Notes: generated by a model not told the origin, from the sequence alone. Shown: positions 26,400 through 41,000, counted from the first letter of the whole stretch. The stretch: DNA of 57,392 bases, filler included, from Platydemus manokwari (GCA_037951405.1; 6 parts of 6 records of this genome joined end to end with filler, not necessarily neighbours in it); one strand, 5' to 3'. Numbers and translations are program-made.

Positions 26400-27420
26400 T
26401 AGAACACCCACTTTAACAATTAAAGTAAATAAACAAAAAGTTAATGCCATATTCGATTTCGGATCTAGTGTTACAATTGTATCAGAAACACTACTAACCA
26501 AGAAGAGAAACGTCAAATGAACATATATGAGGAAGAGAATAAATCGTGATCAGGTCATAAATTAACAATGATAGGTTTCACTACAGTAGCATTAGAAATT
26601 GAAGAAAATAAATATTCTCAATATATACTAGTCATGAAAGATGGTCCTGTTCTATGTCTGTTATTAATAGATGTTCTAGAACAACTAGAAGGGATAGATA
26701 TTGATCTGCGCACTGGTAATCCTTGAAAATTGGAAACAGTTGAGATACCACATAAAGCCAACAAGGTTTGCTTTAGAATTTTTCAATCTGAAAACAATAT
26801 AGTTCCAATAGGATTGGTAAACTCTGATGAAAAAATAATCAATTTAAAACACTATACAGAACTAGGTACCCCTACCCCCATCATAAAGTCAGGAAACAAG
26901 ACGTCACCTGATATTCACAATACAAATTTTAGTGATAGATAGTAAAATTTTAACAATTCCACAAAAGCAAACTTGATAACTAAATACAAAGCACGCACGT
27001 GGTTGAAAACGAAACACAATTATTACCAAGACATAGTAATCCTATCAAATCAAGACCACATAAATTTCCCTGTACATATAAAAATGAAAGAAGAACGACA
27101 GAAGGAAGAAATACAAAGAAATGGTATTATAAGAACTAGCTTTTCACTAAGGGATTCTCTTGTGGTACTCTGAGATGGCTTGTTGACTCTAGTAATTTGA
27201 ACGCTGTCTCACGAAAATGTACTTATCCTCTACCTTTAGGACAGATAAAAATATTTTTCCATAAGATATTTCAACAAAGGGTACTGATAGCTTGGCAATT
27301 AAAGAGTCAGATAGATGTAAAACTGCGTAGATGAGCCTCTCTTTAACCACAATTTAAAGATGAAAAAGGTAACGTAATAGGATATACAAGTACAGCTCTG
27401 AAAAAGCATGAGAAGAACCG
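26400..27420 (+). mobile_element. Highly degraded Ty3/gypsy pol remnant (protease, RT fragments, RNase H fragment)
   Basis: TIKVNKQKVNAIFDFGSSVTIVS (aspartic protease), GIIRTSFSLRDSLVVL, LNAVSRKCTYPLP, IKESDRCKTA (RT), DEKGNVIGYTSTALKKHEKN (RNase H), in PR-RT-RH order with many stops and deletions. Confidence 0.8.
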
Positions 27421-27861
27421 ATCATAAAATGCTTATATGAGAGAGTCTTCAATCATAAGATAGGATTAAAAAAATTTCAACAAGAAGAATATAAAATGAC
27501 ATATGATAAAAATGCATTTGAGCACGGAATAAAAGTAGGCAACCTCGTTTATTTTAATTGATATTCAGTGTCGATGTACTAACGTGAAACGCGTTGTTAT
27601 ATAAATGATAATTCATTGTTATTTTATGATATTTTGAAATTAATACGCAAACTAGTGCCATTAAATCATGGAGATTGTTTGGACTTTGTTTTGGGAAATG
27701 GAAGTTATAATTTAATATCTGCTTCACATTGACACAAATTGATCAGCAATGCGATTAAAAAATTTAAAAGATTTTCAAATTCATACTTATTGATTTCAAA
27801 GTCAGTGATTGCAGGGCTTCGTTGAACTTTGCTAAGAATCAAAGAAAATGCGATATATATA

Positions 27862-27961
27862 NNNNNNNNNNNNNNNNNNNNNNNNNNNNNNNNNNNNNNN
27901 NNNNNTTAATTAATTAANNNNNNNNNNNNNNNNNNNNNNNNNNNNNNNNNNNNNNNNNNNN
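27862..27961. other. Assembly spacer
   Basis: N44-TTAATTAATTAA-N44. Confidence 0.99.
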
Positions 27962-28035
27962 GTTTAAATGATTTGGTAAAACAAAAACTTTAAACAACTA
28001 AAAAACATGAATAACTTTTGACTCAGCCTAATATA
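27962..28035 (-). mobile_element. mariner-family element end, exact reverse complement of 8711-8784
   Basis: 74-bp perfect inverted match ending ...GACTCAGCCTAATA-TA. Confidence 0.75.
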
Positions 28036-30917
28036 ATTTAATTAATAAAACCTAAGATTAAAAATTAAAATACTCATAATTTCAAATGCAGTAATAAGTT
28101 TTTATACAAGCTAAGGAGAAACAGTTCATTTTGTCTTTGAAAAATAATCAAAAATTAAGTAATGACTATGCTATGAGATTTTGCAGTGTTCAGAAATACA
28201 TTAAGGGTTTAGGTATTATTTTTGCGTTAACCAACTGTACAGTAGGATTTTATATTAACAGTTCAAATTCAATTAACGGGGAGGATTATATTTTGTGCCG
28301 GTCCTATAATATTAACTTATTCTTGAGTACAATCTCGGGTTGAACACCGTGCAAAGTATGTGATAGTAAATGTCATGATCTTGAATCTTTCATTTTTTAA
28401 AAATCAAATCGTTTTCATTGTTAGATTTTCTCATTGTGTGAAAATATTAAATTGAATTAAATTTTTGACGATTCGATTTGGTATAGAATTTGATTTTAGA
28501 TAAAATAACTCTACTTTGTCTATATTATTGTTTTTAAGTACATAATTCGACGTCGCTACTTTTCAGTTCGTTCTCGATGCGTTTTTTTATAAAAAAAGTA
28601 GCGGCTTACATGGTAACCACTCAACTGGATTTGATTCTGAGATGATCAATGACAGAAAATTATAGAAAAGAATTAGAAAGATATTCAAACTATATGGAAA
28701 TGACATATAAAGAAGACATAAATAAGATATAGATTAGATATAATAGAAGATATATAGAGGATATACAGAGAAGATATTAAAAAGATAAATATGTAGAATA
28801 TAAAGATACAATGCCAGTTGAGATTACAAAGAAAATTAAAGATTTTAAAGAAAGGGGTGGGGTGTGAGAATATTAAATAAAATAGTACCGGTTTGCACTC
28901 AGCGAATTTATTATCGATTTCGTAATCATTAATTACTAGAAAATTAATAAAAATAAAAAAATGATTTATCCGGATCAGATATATTTACAAAATAAACTCA
29001 CCGTTGATAAAAACAGATCAGATCTATCCCATCTGAACGAGAATGCATCAAATAATTCACGGATTTTACAGTATATACTCTATGATAACCAATTAATTTA
29101 TTGCTAACAATCCTGCAAAAGCAGATTAAAACAACGCATCGCTGTACTATTAGCACGAAGCATTGGTAAAGAGCTTTGCAAAACGAGATTCAAATAAAGC
29201 GCCTTTGATAAGGATTTAGATTAAAAAAAAATAAGGATTTACATCAAAAAATTGTCGGCAGAAATCTCTATAATTCGTCTAAATGATATTCCTTTAATAT
29301 TGCATTTTTATCAGGATTTAAATGTTGAGATTGTCGAAAATGTTTTAAGACCATCTATTTTATATAGAAAATATGATATGTAAATTTCGGATAAAAATTC
29401 CGAAAATCAAATTAAATTTATTGAATATATCAAATACCTTGTACACTGCCGCCATTGTTCTCAAATGATTAATACACGATTACTACATTTCTGATAAAGC
29501 CCACATTGGAAACATATCCACATATCAGCGATACATACAAATTTCTTGTATCGATAATTTTTCAAATCAAAGGTCAAAAAGGCCTTTTCATCCATGACTG
29601 GTCATTGAAATGTGCGATAAAATCAATCACTTATTTCCCAAGTGGTACCAAACTTATTGACAATAACCGTGTCGTCTGAAAAATTCTCTCGGAAATATTA
29701 AAATATTTAGATTGGGGTTCTTATTAAGATTTGCCCGAACTTCAAAGTGAATTTTGACATTTTCCGCCAAAATTGAATTCGTTCGCTTTTTATGTGTATG
29801 GCTTTTCAGAGAAAAATTTATATTTCAATAAATATTTAAATGAACTGATTAATTAAATTAATTTTTTTTGTAAATAATTAATTTATGACAACAAAATTGC
29901 TACCCTATCCATGGCAATAACAATAAGTATCTCGAATCATTATTTTCCAATGAATAAAAAGGTCATATCATGATTATTATCAAAATTTCTGTTAGAGCTT
30001 TGCTAATATTGAGCTCTATTTTATTTTAATATATTAAAAGCTTTTTAAATAAATTTTAAGAATTTTCGAATTGAAGTTTCTAAATTAGTGACTGCTTATT
30101 GTGACTCTAATTTGATCCAAGTCAGAATGTGATAATTATTCTTGCTAACGGCTCCGGGGTTAAATGTTTCATTTTAACGAGAAATTATTAATTTATAGTT
30201 AACTATTATTTCATTCTCAGACTTAAACCATCTACTCTATGCGGTGAACTTTTTTAATAATAAAAATATTTATAAAGTTACCTCATTCACACTTGCTGAC
30301 ATAATATTTATTTAAAAAACTAAACTAATCCGCCAATCAATTATTTAAACAAATACAACGGTTTTGTTTAATTAACCGAGTTATTTATACAAACGGAATA
30401 TTGATTTTAAAAGAATTTAGTATAATTAAACAAAAAAATAATTTGAGATAATAATTAATGACAAAATACATGAACCAGAATTATTGGTTTCAACTATTAG
30501 CAGGAACGGCCTCGATCACTCGGGTATATTTAGTCTAATTAAAACTTTTGATGTAATATATAGAGTTAAAAGATATTAAATCAAAATTTGATGTGCAAAT
30601 TATATAAATATTTAACCACAAAGAATCTTAACTAATATCGATACATAGCCACTTTCCCAGTGGTATAAGTAGTGTGTAAAATGATTCAATCATCTCTCAA
30701 TATCTTCTATCAGTCCTTGACATAGTAATATAATATTGTAATGATAATTTACTTGTACTAATGCAAGTCCATTTACACAAGTGATCTCCATCAAAAACTA
30801 TCGATATAACTAGCATCATACTGATAACTAAGGAGTGTCATAAATTTTAAATCGCAGAATCTCGAATCCAAGATAAGGATTTCGTTGAGATTAGCTAAAT
30901 CTTCATAATTATTTATA

Positions 30918-31385
30918 CTTATAGGGTGTTCCAAAAATATACACTCGGTGTTCGTCGAAATTTATTTAATTTTCAAAATGTAAAAGAATTTACCGACATC
31001 ATTATATTGCATTTTCAATATCTGTTCTTATTAAGAATATGGACTCATCTTGGAAGGTAACTTCTCCATTGAAAAATTTCATAATGAGAATGACAGACTT
31101 GCTTGACCCAGATAGTTTCTTTGACTTCATTAAAAAGTTTCCAGTACTCTTTCTTGATTTACAAATCTAGTCGATCTCATTGGTTTATTGGAACGAATCT
31201 GATAAGCGTGCTGAACAGTTGCGTCCAATTAAAATTTATGTTTAAGTGAATGATGGTTATAAGCTTAGGCAGGTTTGGTTTAAAACTTACGTCAAATGGT
31301 CTTTGAATTTCAACAGCGGTTTCATACTACAGTAACATTTCATATTGATTTTCCTTTCTTCAAAATTTGATGTGACATTATGATA
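30918..31385 (-). mobile_element. Internally deleted Tc1/mariner-like element (DUF4817-type transposase N-terminus plus TIR-like end)
   Basis: Minus-strand fragments KSILKCY..YETAVEIQRPF..SFKPNLPKLITI...RSNKPMRST...QERVLETF; TIR-like TATAGGGTGTTCCAAAAA near 30920. Confidence 0.6.
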
Positions 31386-31579
31386 TTTAGAGGTATCTAT
31401 CTCATTTAAATTATCAAATTCGTTTAGAAGTCTATAGATTACTACAAATATATATATTGAAAACATATTTTTAAATAAATTAAAATATTTTTTACAGAGT
31501 TACAGTTAATGCACATATTGATTAGAAAAATATAGATTAAAGTATGAAAACGAAAATTTAATTTATTCAAAAAATATTT

Positions 31580-32145
31580 TATAATAAACTTTCGGCTAAA
31601 GCTAAAAAATGGATCCTAAAATGAAAATTTAAATTTGTTGAGTGTATTGCAAAATTCTATATAGTTTATTTAGTTATATTCTTTAAAAATATTTTGAATT
31701 TTTTATTTATGTACCTAAGAAGAATTTTAGTGGTTTGAAATCAAATATTAAATACACTAGAGCTTCAAAATCTCCGAAAGTTTGATTATTTGATAAACGG
31801 ATGAAAGTTTTAACATTAAAAATAAATTGAGAGATATTCTCAATTTTTACAATTATTTTATAAAAATAACCAATGATATTATTAAACATGTCTGTAATTA
31901 ACTAACTCGATTTATAATTATTAAGTTTAAATTTAAAAACTCAAATAATCATATAGAAGTGTTGTGATTAGAATATGAACTTGGTTTTAAAACTATGTTT
32001 TGTCATTATCAGACATCTTGAAAAAAATACTGAATTAAATCAAACATAGCAGTTATATATAAAATTAAGTTATAAAATTATCTCATGAACGAAAATTCAT
32101 TATAACGAAAGTAGATCAAAGGACCCTTTTTCTTAGCTTAAGCCC
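31580..32145 (+). repeat. Non-coding dispersed repeat (MITE-like), copy 1
   Basis: Clear inverted homology with 35451-36060; ends resemble an imperfect TIR (CGGCTAAAGCTAAAAAATGG ... CCTTTTTCTTAGCTTAAGCCC). Confidence 0.75.
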
Positions 32146-35100
32146 AAGATCGAAATATCGAATATTTAAAAACTTTCCACACACACGGACATAGACACAC
32201 GCACGCACGCATACATAATCATAAAACAATGTACCATGAAAAGAATCACAAAGAATTTATGATTGATCTAACTAATTCGAATAATAAATTATTGGACTAC
32301 GGAATCAGGAAATGAGTTGTAATAACTGATATTAATAAATTATCACCATCATAGTTTATTAATAAATTAATCTTACATAACAAGCACAACCAGAATATCT
32401 TTATTGATTAATGAACGGTGACGTTATTCAATCAATGAAAATTATCTCAGATTCCTACTGAAATCATATCGATTAAAAATATGCAGATTGCAATTTCTTT
32501 ATTAGGGTTTTATGGCAGATATTGCCAGTGCGAACATGAAACTATTGTTGTAAGATTGTCATCAAATATCGAAACTGTATCGTGAACCAGTCCGGCATAT
32601 CACATTTTATTTCGATCATGTCAATCAAATTTATTAAAAATATTCCAGGAGAGCAAATAGGTGAAAGAATTGTTTGACAATTCTGAATAAATTCCAAATA
32701 AGATAATTAAAAGAAAAGCAATTCCACAATGTTGAATTGATAACAGATTTGGTGGGTAATATAAAATTTACTGTTGACGAGATATGATTTAAAATATAAG
32801 GAGGAATTAATGAGAATTATTTTACAGTTTTCATATACATTGTGGATTATTTTCTATCAATATCTTAACTCAACTCTCATCAATCCCTAAAGAGCTACAC
32901 AAGATATTCATAAACTCACGTATGCATGATGTGATGTTTTGCAACGAAATCCTATCATGACAAGTGTCAGCGATTATCAGGTAAGCAATTATATGACTAA
33001 GATTCTTTTTAATACTGGCGAGTCGAAAGGGCTACAAAACCGATACATCGATAGATTCGATAATTAGAATTAGTTAGAACAAGTTCCTGTAATCCATAGG
33101 TACCACTGATCTTTCACAAATTCTCATTTCCGAACATTCTACTCGTTTTAATCGATATTACAAATTACTGAATAAGGCTTATCAAATTTCATCGTAAAAT
33201 CTGCAGATAAATATCTAATGATTGAAATCGATTCTTTCTTTCAATTGATTTGATAAAATTTCAAAATTGATTCGCTAGAATCTAGAGTCTAGATCAACCC
33301 GTGAACTTCATACGATGATGGGTTTGATTTAGAAATTTCTTCGTTTATAGCAGACAAGCTTCACTCTCAATCTTCCGAATCCATTTCCTTCCTTGTAAAG
33401 CGAATTCTAAAGCCGTTAAATTAAAAACGAAACAAGTTCCAAATCGATACCAATTAAAGCTCTTCTGATGTCATTTATTCTCCTACCTTGATCACTGCTT
33501 CACAAATTTAACAAAGTGGAATAGAATAACCATTGGCTTCAAATGTTCCGGTTTATTAATAAAAAACGGATAAGTAGACTAAATTAGAATCAGATCAAAA
33601 TCCTACTTAGATCTGAACCAGTCTGTAAAAGAAATTGCATCGAGTCCACTCGAGTCAAAAATAAAATGATATTTTTACAATTGATTTCCAATATCATTTT
33701 AGAACCAATGATTGAAACTCATCATTAGATTGGACTTTTAAATTATTAATAAACTTCATTGAGACTGGAAAAGTACAAATTCTCGACTGTAGTCGATTTG
33801 TTTGCGAGAATCTGTGAGGATAATGTGGAGAATTGTTTTTTGCGATTTGATAAAGAATATCTCATATACATGAATGACAATAGGTCACCATTTTAGCGTT
33901 TATGTTTTCTGATTACCTCCGATTGATAAATACAATCAAACATTTTTTATGGCATTCAAATAATGCGCTGCTATGGTAACAGATTGGAAGATTATTTAAA
34001 ATCTTTTTTTTTTCATTTCCTTTATTGTGCCTGATTGCTATATTATTTATTGATTTATTTAAGAATGATTTTATGGGGATTTCCAGCCCTTTCCATTGAT
34101 TATTGTCAACAATATAACAATTTCGATTGAAGCTCATAGCCAAGAAATTAGCTTGGTCCTTGCAGAATTGCGAAACCTGTTTGTGTTGCTTTATCACATT
34201 ACTCATAGTAAATAAAATTATCATTCATCAGCCAATCATAACCGTTTTCATCAAAATTGTAAATATTTTATTATAATAATCGATAATAAAAACTGTTTGT
34301 ACGTGTGACAAAGTACGAAAACGTATAAAACTCCAGACAACAATATTCAAATAATTATTCAAACACACCGAATAAGTTTCCACGTATTGATTAAAATTAA
34401 AAGAGAACTTAATATTGCTGCCACTATTTCATGAAATACAAAACTGAAATCGAATCTCAGAAATTCAAAACACAAAAGTATATCCAATCAAAATATTCAT
34501 ACAAATTAAATTGATCGTTTATTGGTTTTTGATATCAATATATTCTCTATTTCAAACAATCAATCAAATATTTATGGATTTGAAAATCCTCACAGGATTG
34601 AAAATACTCAAAGTTAAGGATAGGAGTGTTCTAAATGATTTCCTAGAAGCAATCTATTGAAAAGTGCCAGCTAGTAGATGTGTTAGATAGTGTATTACCT
34701 GTGTAGAATGGATACATGGTGATGGAATTGGTGAATACAGCAAAAATTTAATGAGGTTTTGCTCTAGATCTGCATCACAGGGTTATCTCTTTGTTTTTCT
34801 TATTTCTTTTGGCGTTTATTTTCAAAATTATCTATCTTTGAAAGTTGTGTTCATTCCGTGATCGATATTAGACCTCCATGTTTTCTGAATCAATGCTTAA
34901 ATCTCAATATAGGACCACATTAATTTTTATTTTTATGTTTTTATCGATTAGCATGTGCAAAGACACATTCATATGTAGATTATGGATATCATAATTGCGA
35001 GTCGGTACTATTTTGATAACCACGTATTGAAAACGTACTGAAAACACACAATAACAAATTATTGATTTAAACTTGGTTATATAAACAAATAATTATAATT

Positions 35101-35450
35101 TTATAAAAAATCTGAATTAAATCTCTAAAAATTCTCTCAATAATTAAGGCGTAATTAAAATCTATAATATTATTATGGGTGTTTTGGAAAAACTGTGTTC
35201 CATCTTTCGATGATAATGACAAACCAATTACATTCTTATAATTAAACAAATATGAATTCCAATAATCAATAAATAAAATCATGATCAGAAATCGATGGAA
35301 TAATTTTAAAATTATTCTCATATTTAAGAAAAAAGTTGATCAGCGCTTTGAATTCGGTTTGTAATTCAAACATATAACTGGACATTTAGAGAAAAATGAA
35401 TTTCCATACAGAAATGTTTTAATAAACAAATAACCATGGTAACCAAAATT

Positions 35451-36060
35451 CGGCTTAAGCTAAGAAAAAGGGCGCTTTGATCTACTTTCGTTATAAACAA
35501 TTCTCGCGCATGAGATAATTTTATAACTTAATTTTATATATAACTGCTATGTTTGATTTATTCGTATAATTCATTTAATATCTTGCTTTTTAGGATGTTT
35601 AATAGTGACAAAACATAGTTTTAAAACCAAGTTTCCATTCTAATCTCAACACTTCTATATGATTATTTGAGTTTTTAAATTTAATTTTATTTTTAATTAT
35701 AAATCGAGTTAGTTTATTACAGACATGTTTAATAATATCATTGCCTATTCTTATAGAATAATTGTAAAAATTGAGAATATCTCTCACTTTGCTTTTAATG
35801 TTAAGAAAAAGGTGTTCTCGCTAATTTTCAATACATTGCAATTCGACCTACTTTTTTATTTTTTCAAATAATCCAATTTTAAGAGACTTTTCAGCTTCAA
35901 TTTGATTTTAAACAAATAAAATTCTTCGTAAGTACTTTAATAAAAAATTAAAAATGTTTTTAAAGAATATAATTAATTAAACTATATAGAATTTTGCAAG
36001 GCACTTAAAAAATTTAAAATTTCATTTTAGGACACATTTTAGCCTAAATAAGTTTATTAA
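35451..36060 (-). repeat. Non-coding dispersed repeat (MITE-like), copy 2, inverted relative to copy 1
   Basis: CGGCTTAAGCTAAGAAAAAGGG...GATCTACTTTCGTTATAA matches the reverse complement of 32095-32145, and homology continues through the unit. Confidence 0.75.
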
Positions 36061-36701
36061 TAAACATTAAAAAAACAATAATTATAACGATAATAATAAT
36101 ATGAATAAAAATATTATAGCAATATTGTTAATGTTACAAAAAACACTCTTTGATTTTTCAATGAAAACAAAATATTAAAAAGAAATGAATTAATGAAAAT
36201 AAAATTAAGTAAAACGTTTTCCTGTGAGTCGTGACTTGATATTTCAAAAATAAATTATCCATGAATCTTCTTTCCGAATTCTAAGAATTTGGAACTGGTT
36301 CTTGAGTCTCAATTCAAAACCTGAAAAAATAAACAAATATAGTTCATACATAAATTTTAATACTTGTCTATTACCAGAATGGAGATGTGAAAAATCATAT
36401 AAACACATTACAAACATGTAATAACAATTAAATCGATAAAGAAATAATTAATATTCGGACATATGTTCACAATTAAAATTATATTCACGAAATTAATTAG
36501 AGAAACTGCAATTTCAGAACATAATTTGAATTTCGATGGTAAAGTCGTGCAGATATATGATTTGTCGAATTTAGAAATTTGTCATTCATACAGAGCTGGT
36601 ATACAAAGCAAGGTTATTATTTGGTTATAACAGTAACTTTTGCTGAGGATTTTGTTATACACCTCAAGAGATTCTGTATTGGTAGTTCAACAGAAGTGAA
36701 G

Positions 36702-36801
36702 NNNNNNNNNNNNNNNNNNNNNNNNNNNNNNNNNNNNNNNNNNNNTTAATTAATTAANNNNNNNNNNNNNNNNNNNNNNNNNNNNNNNNNNNNNNNNNNN
36801 N
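36702..36801. other. Assembly spacer
   Basis: N44-TTAATTAATTAA-N44. Confidence 0.99.
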
Positions 36802-36903
36802 GTTTATTCGCCTCAAACTACTTTTATACATTGATAAGCATTCGTTTACTAAATTATTCGATTTATACAATTTCTCTACGATATACACTTAAATTGTTTA
36901 TAT

Positions 36904-37400
36904 TCAAGAACCTATTTCATTATTGCTATTCAGGGGTCTCAAGGGAGTGTGATCTATACAACACCATTTAGATTCATTATACACTAAAACAATGATTAGA
37001 ATTACGATTATACTTAATATTAAAATTATTATATTTACAACTTCTATCAATCCTTTTAATTCTGCTGGTGTCTTTTTTGTAGTAGGGATCATTTTCATTT
37101 TCAATGGTGTTAGTTGACTAATTTTTTCTGTGACCTGATCAGTTAATGATTTGTTAATTGATCTCAATTTCATTGCTGCTGAATTCATTTCTATTTGTTC
37201 TCTATGAATTTTCAACTTTAAATTACTTCTCTCAATGTACCATATGTTTATGTAAATTATTTCGTTGATATCTATATCATTATATATTGTTCCTTATTAT
37301 TATTGTTCACTATTATTAACGCCATTGTTATTATTAGCGCTATTATTTCGTTGTAACTATCGATGATTCGATGCAATATCAAATTTTACTCCCATTGTGA
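36904..37400 (-). pseudogene. Small frameshifted ORF: hydrophobic leader, coiled-coil-like segment, single C-terminal TM helix; unknown family
   Basis: TM segment VVNIIILILSIIVILIIVLVY; an upstream frame gives IIALIITMALIIV; same strand and A-rich bias as the 38-41 kb remnant. Confidence 0.35.
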
Positions 37401-38076
37401 TTTTTTTACAACTACATCCTTCTATAGGGTTGTATACGATGTTTATTTGTTAACCAACTCAACAGCGTGAGTTCCTTTATTATTTTATCAACATAGAAAA
37501 TAAATCAAACACACACAAATTCTTTATAAACTTTATTTACAATAAAATTGGCTCAATCAGTTTAACTCAAACAATTGGTTAAAATAACAATTTGGTATGG
37601 TTATCTCACTGAAATCGTGAGAACTCGACTATTGCTCCTTATTATTTTAATATATATTTTATAATATAACTTCGAAGATGGATCCTTCAGAATTGAGTGT
37701 AAGATTTTAAGTATTGATTTTATTATCAAGCTATATGAATATTTTATTAAGCTTTACCCAAAAGTTTTTTTATCTTTTCAGGTATTTGTTCCAAAAATAT
37801 TCGAGGTTGCTACAATTCAGTGGTTCGCTTCAATTCCTAGTTAACAAATTTTTAAGAGTGAACTGTGATGGAAATCCATCAGCTTATTTTATTAATATTT
37901 TCCATCCAAGTATTTTAATATCATTTATTTTTCACATAATTTCATGTCATAAAAATGTTACATAAAAATATTGCAATTATTTACAATATACAATCGAGTC
38001 AGAAGATACAATGTTCACAAGAGTCAGATTATAAAATCATTTATCGGATCAAGTCATCGTTAAATGTTCAAAAGAA

Positions 38077-41000
38077 TCAGGTTATAAAATCATCTATCAC
38101 GTCATCATTGGAAATTGTCTGAATTGTAGGAATTGGATTGTCGAATTGGTCGCAGATTACCGTTTGAATTCTTGTTGACACCAGGCATCCAAATCTACAT
38201 TCCAGTTTTGGGTATCCCAAGTTTCCCATTCTCTCATTTTCCTCTACAGCGCTAGTTTCGACATTAAGTGCTTGTAAATAAATTGTCTCCTCTACTTTAT
38301 CTTTTTGATCGAGTTCTCTTATTGCCTGCACATGTAATTCAATTTTTTCTAAAACTCGGATTTTGTCACTAAATGCTTGTGCGTGTTGTTTAATCCTCCG
38401 TTCTAGTTTTTCTTGATCAAATTCATCGGCCTTCGTTTCTTTTGTTGCTTTCACAATAAATCAAGTTTATCATCAACTTTTCTTCATCTTTTACTATTAT
38501 TCCAGAAAGTCCTTCTGGGTATATAATCACCTATGTTGTGTTTAGCTCATTTTGATTTAGTATGTCTATTAATCTTTCCCTTTCTTTTATCAATCTCTGT
38601 TTGTAATAAAGTGCGATGATTGTTGATTTCCACTCTATTCTATGAACAAGTTGCTCTGTTATTTCTTTTATTAACTTTTTCGTTCTCATCTATTTATATC
38701 CTGTTCTATATTTTACTATTTTATCAGTGTATCGATCTTCATTAATTTCTAATTTTATGATATATTTTTTTCATTGCTGATCAAATCTATGGTTATTTTA
38801 TTTCGCCTAAATTTGCTCAATGCATATTTCTTGAATTGATTTTCATTATTCAATATCATCCACATCCCATCCATTTCCTTTTCTTGTTTATTATAGGTTT
38901 TCCTCGGATATTCTCTTGGCCTACTCTTCCATCTTACTATATATTTATCTGAAGATTTTCCGCATTGTGAATTTGCCCAATCTCTAAACCATTGTACCGG
39001 GCTGTTTCCATATATTCGAAATAAAGGCATTCGCTTTTCCCTAGTTCTTTTTCCAATAATTACTTCCAGGTCATATAATGATTTTCCTTGTATTTTTGCT
39101 AGTAATCTTGTCCAATCTTTAAAGTAGTTCCTCGTATAATCTTCTCGTTCTAAACTCCCATGGTCTTATTATTGCTGTCACCTTATTTACTTTTTCCTTA
39201 TTTATCAGATAGTGTTCTAATGGCTGTCCATATAAGAATACTCCTTCAGACATTATTTATAATGATACTCCTAACATGTCCCAATTTCTCTAATTCTTCC
39301 TATTTCTTTTCCTAGCTTTATTCCCTCTCTCTTAAATGGCCATATCTTATTTATCTCGTTTCTTAATCTTTCTGCTGTTGCATTTTCGTTTGATATTAAA
39401 TATTCTTTAATTTCCCCCCATCTTGATCTATCATTTGTACCGATATTTCTTCTGGCATTCTTTTCTTTCTCCAATCTTTCCTATTTTGAAAATAACTAAA
39501 TCTTCTCGTTTTTTCATTATTATTCATTTTCATTGGGATATTTTCTGATTCCATATTACTTTCTATGTCGGGATCTGGTATATTTACTTCTACATCCTTT
39601 ATGATTGCTCGCAGATCTATAGTTTTTGTGAATTTTTCTTTGACTTTTGTCCTAATTGTGTATGGTAGGTTTTTTATTATTATTGGTTCATTATTATTTT
39701 CACTGTAATATTCTTCCAAATATTTCCATCCCATCATTTGTTTATTCCTATCAGCATCTTAACTTTCCCTTGTACTGTTATTTACTCTTTCGGTCATTCC
39801 AAGGTAATTAATTTCTTTAATAATTTTATAGTTGTACTCAATTTTTGTTCTTTATGCACGTGTTATCCCTCAATGTCTTGTATTATCAATTTAAACTTAC
39901 CTAATTTCCCTTCAAATTTATCTATTACAATTTCGGATTGTATGATGTCCCTATCTTTTATTTGTTCAATTTCTTTTTGTTCACATATCTCTCTATTTTT
40001 TCCATCTTCATTTTTCTTTATCAGTTTGTCTAATTTGTAAATTATTATTTCAGGCATGTATATTTCTCGTAATTTATTTCTTATCCTATATGTTTGTCCT
40101 TCTAAGCAATGTTAATTATTCTATTTTGGAGGATATCCTTGATATAAATTTATATGCTCTCAAGTTAACACTTCTGCATTCCATTTATAAGCACCTTTTT
40201 AATTATTTCCTCGTTAATTAATTGATTTTGGATTGTAAGACTTGAACGTGACCACGTGTATGTATTTTCTGTCATCCTATCTATCTTTTTACGTCCTTTC
40301 CATTTCCTTTCTATATTAATACCCCTATATTGCTAGGCTATTTCTATTATTCTCATTGTTTCTTCACTTATGTATTCCTATTATTACACTTATTCGTTTT
40401 GTTTTATTAGTCTCATTCCGATTTTTCCACCAGTTTATCATAATTATTCCATTTTCTGTAACATCTTTCCCGTGCCTACTATCTATTGCTATTTTAAACA
40501 ATTTCCTTAATATGTTAATTTTATATCGATTCATTTCTCTCTAGTCATATTCTTCCCACAACTCATTGATGCACTTATCATTTTTTATTTTCCAATATTC
40601 TTGATGAAATTTTGCTAATTCTGTTACTAAATCTTCCAAATGTTTTCTGCTAATGACATGCACATGTACTTTGTTTTTACATTTTACATGAATTCGATCA
40701 GACACGTGTTATTCATCTTTACCTATTATTTTTTCCAGTTGTTGCATCTTTAAACTTTGTTCTTCTTTATCTTTTTCTTCTCATATTTCTTTACATGACA
40801 GGATCGTTCTCATTCTTATCTCTTTTTTCAAGAATAATGTCTTCATTAATTTTGCTTTTATAGTTATTCTAGTTATTATTTCTGTTTTATTATCGTCCTC
40901 GCAACTGTGTATCTATCCATCACGATCAATTAAACTATTTATAGGAGATTCTATTAATCCAAATGATTTATCTTCACCATTATTGCAACCTTCCTCATTT

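Noticed and set aside
28550-28606. 12-bp stem hairpin GTCGCTACTTTT / AAAAGTAGCGGC
   Set aside because: Isolated, with no recognisable RNA family or TE end context.
38950-39000. ANSQCGKS as an SF3 helicase Walker A motif
   Set aside because: It lacks the leading Gly and no Walker B or motif C follows.
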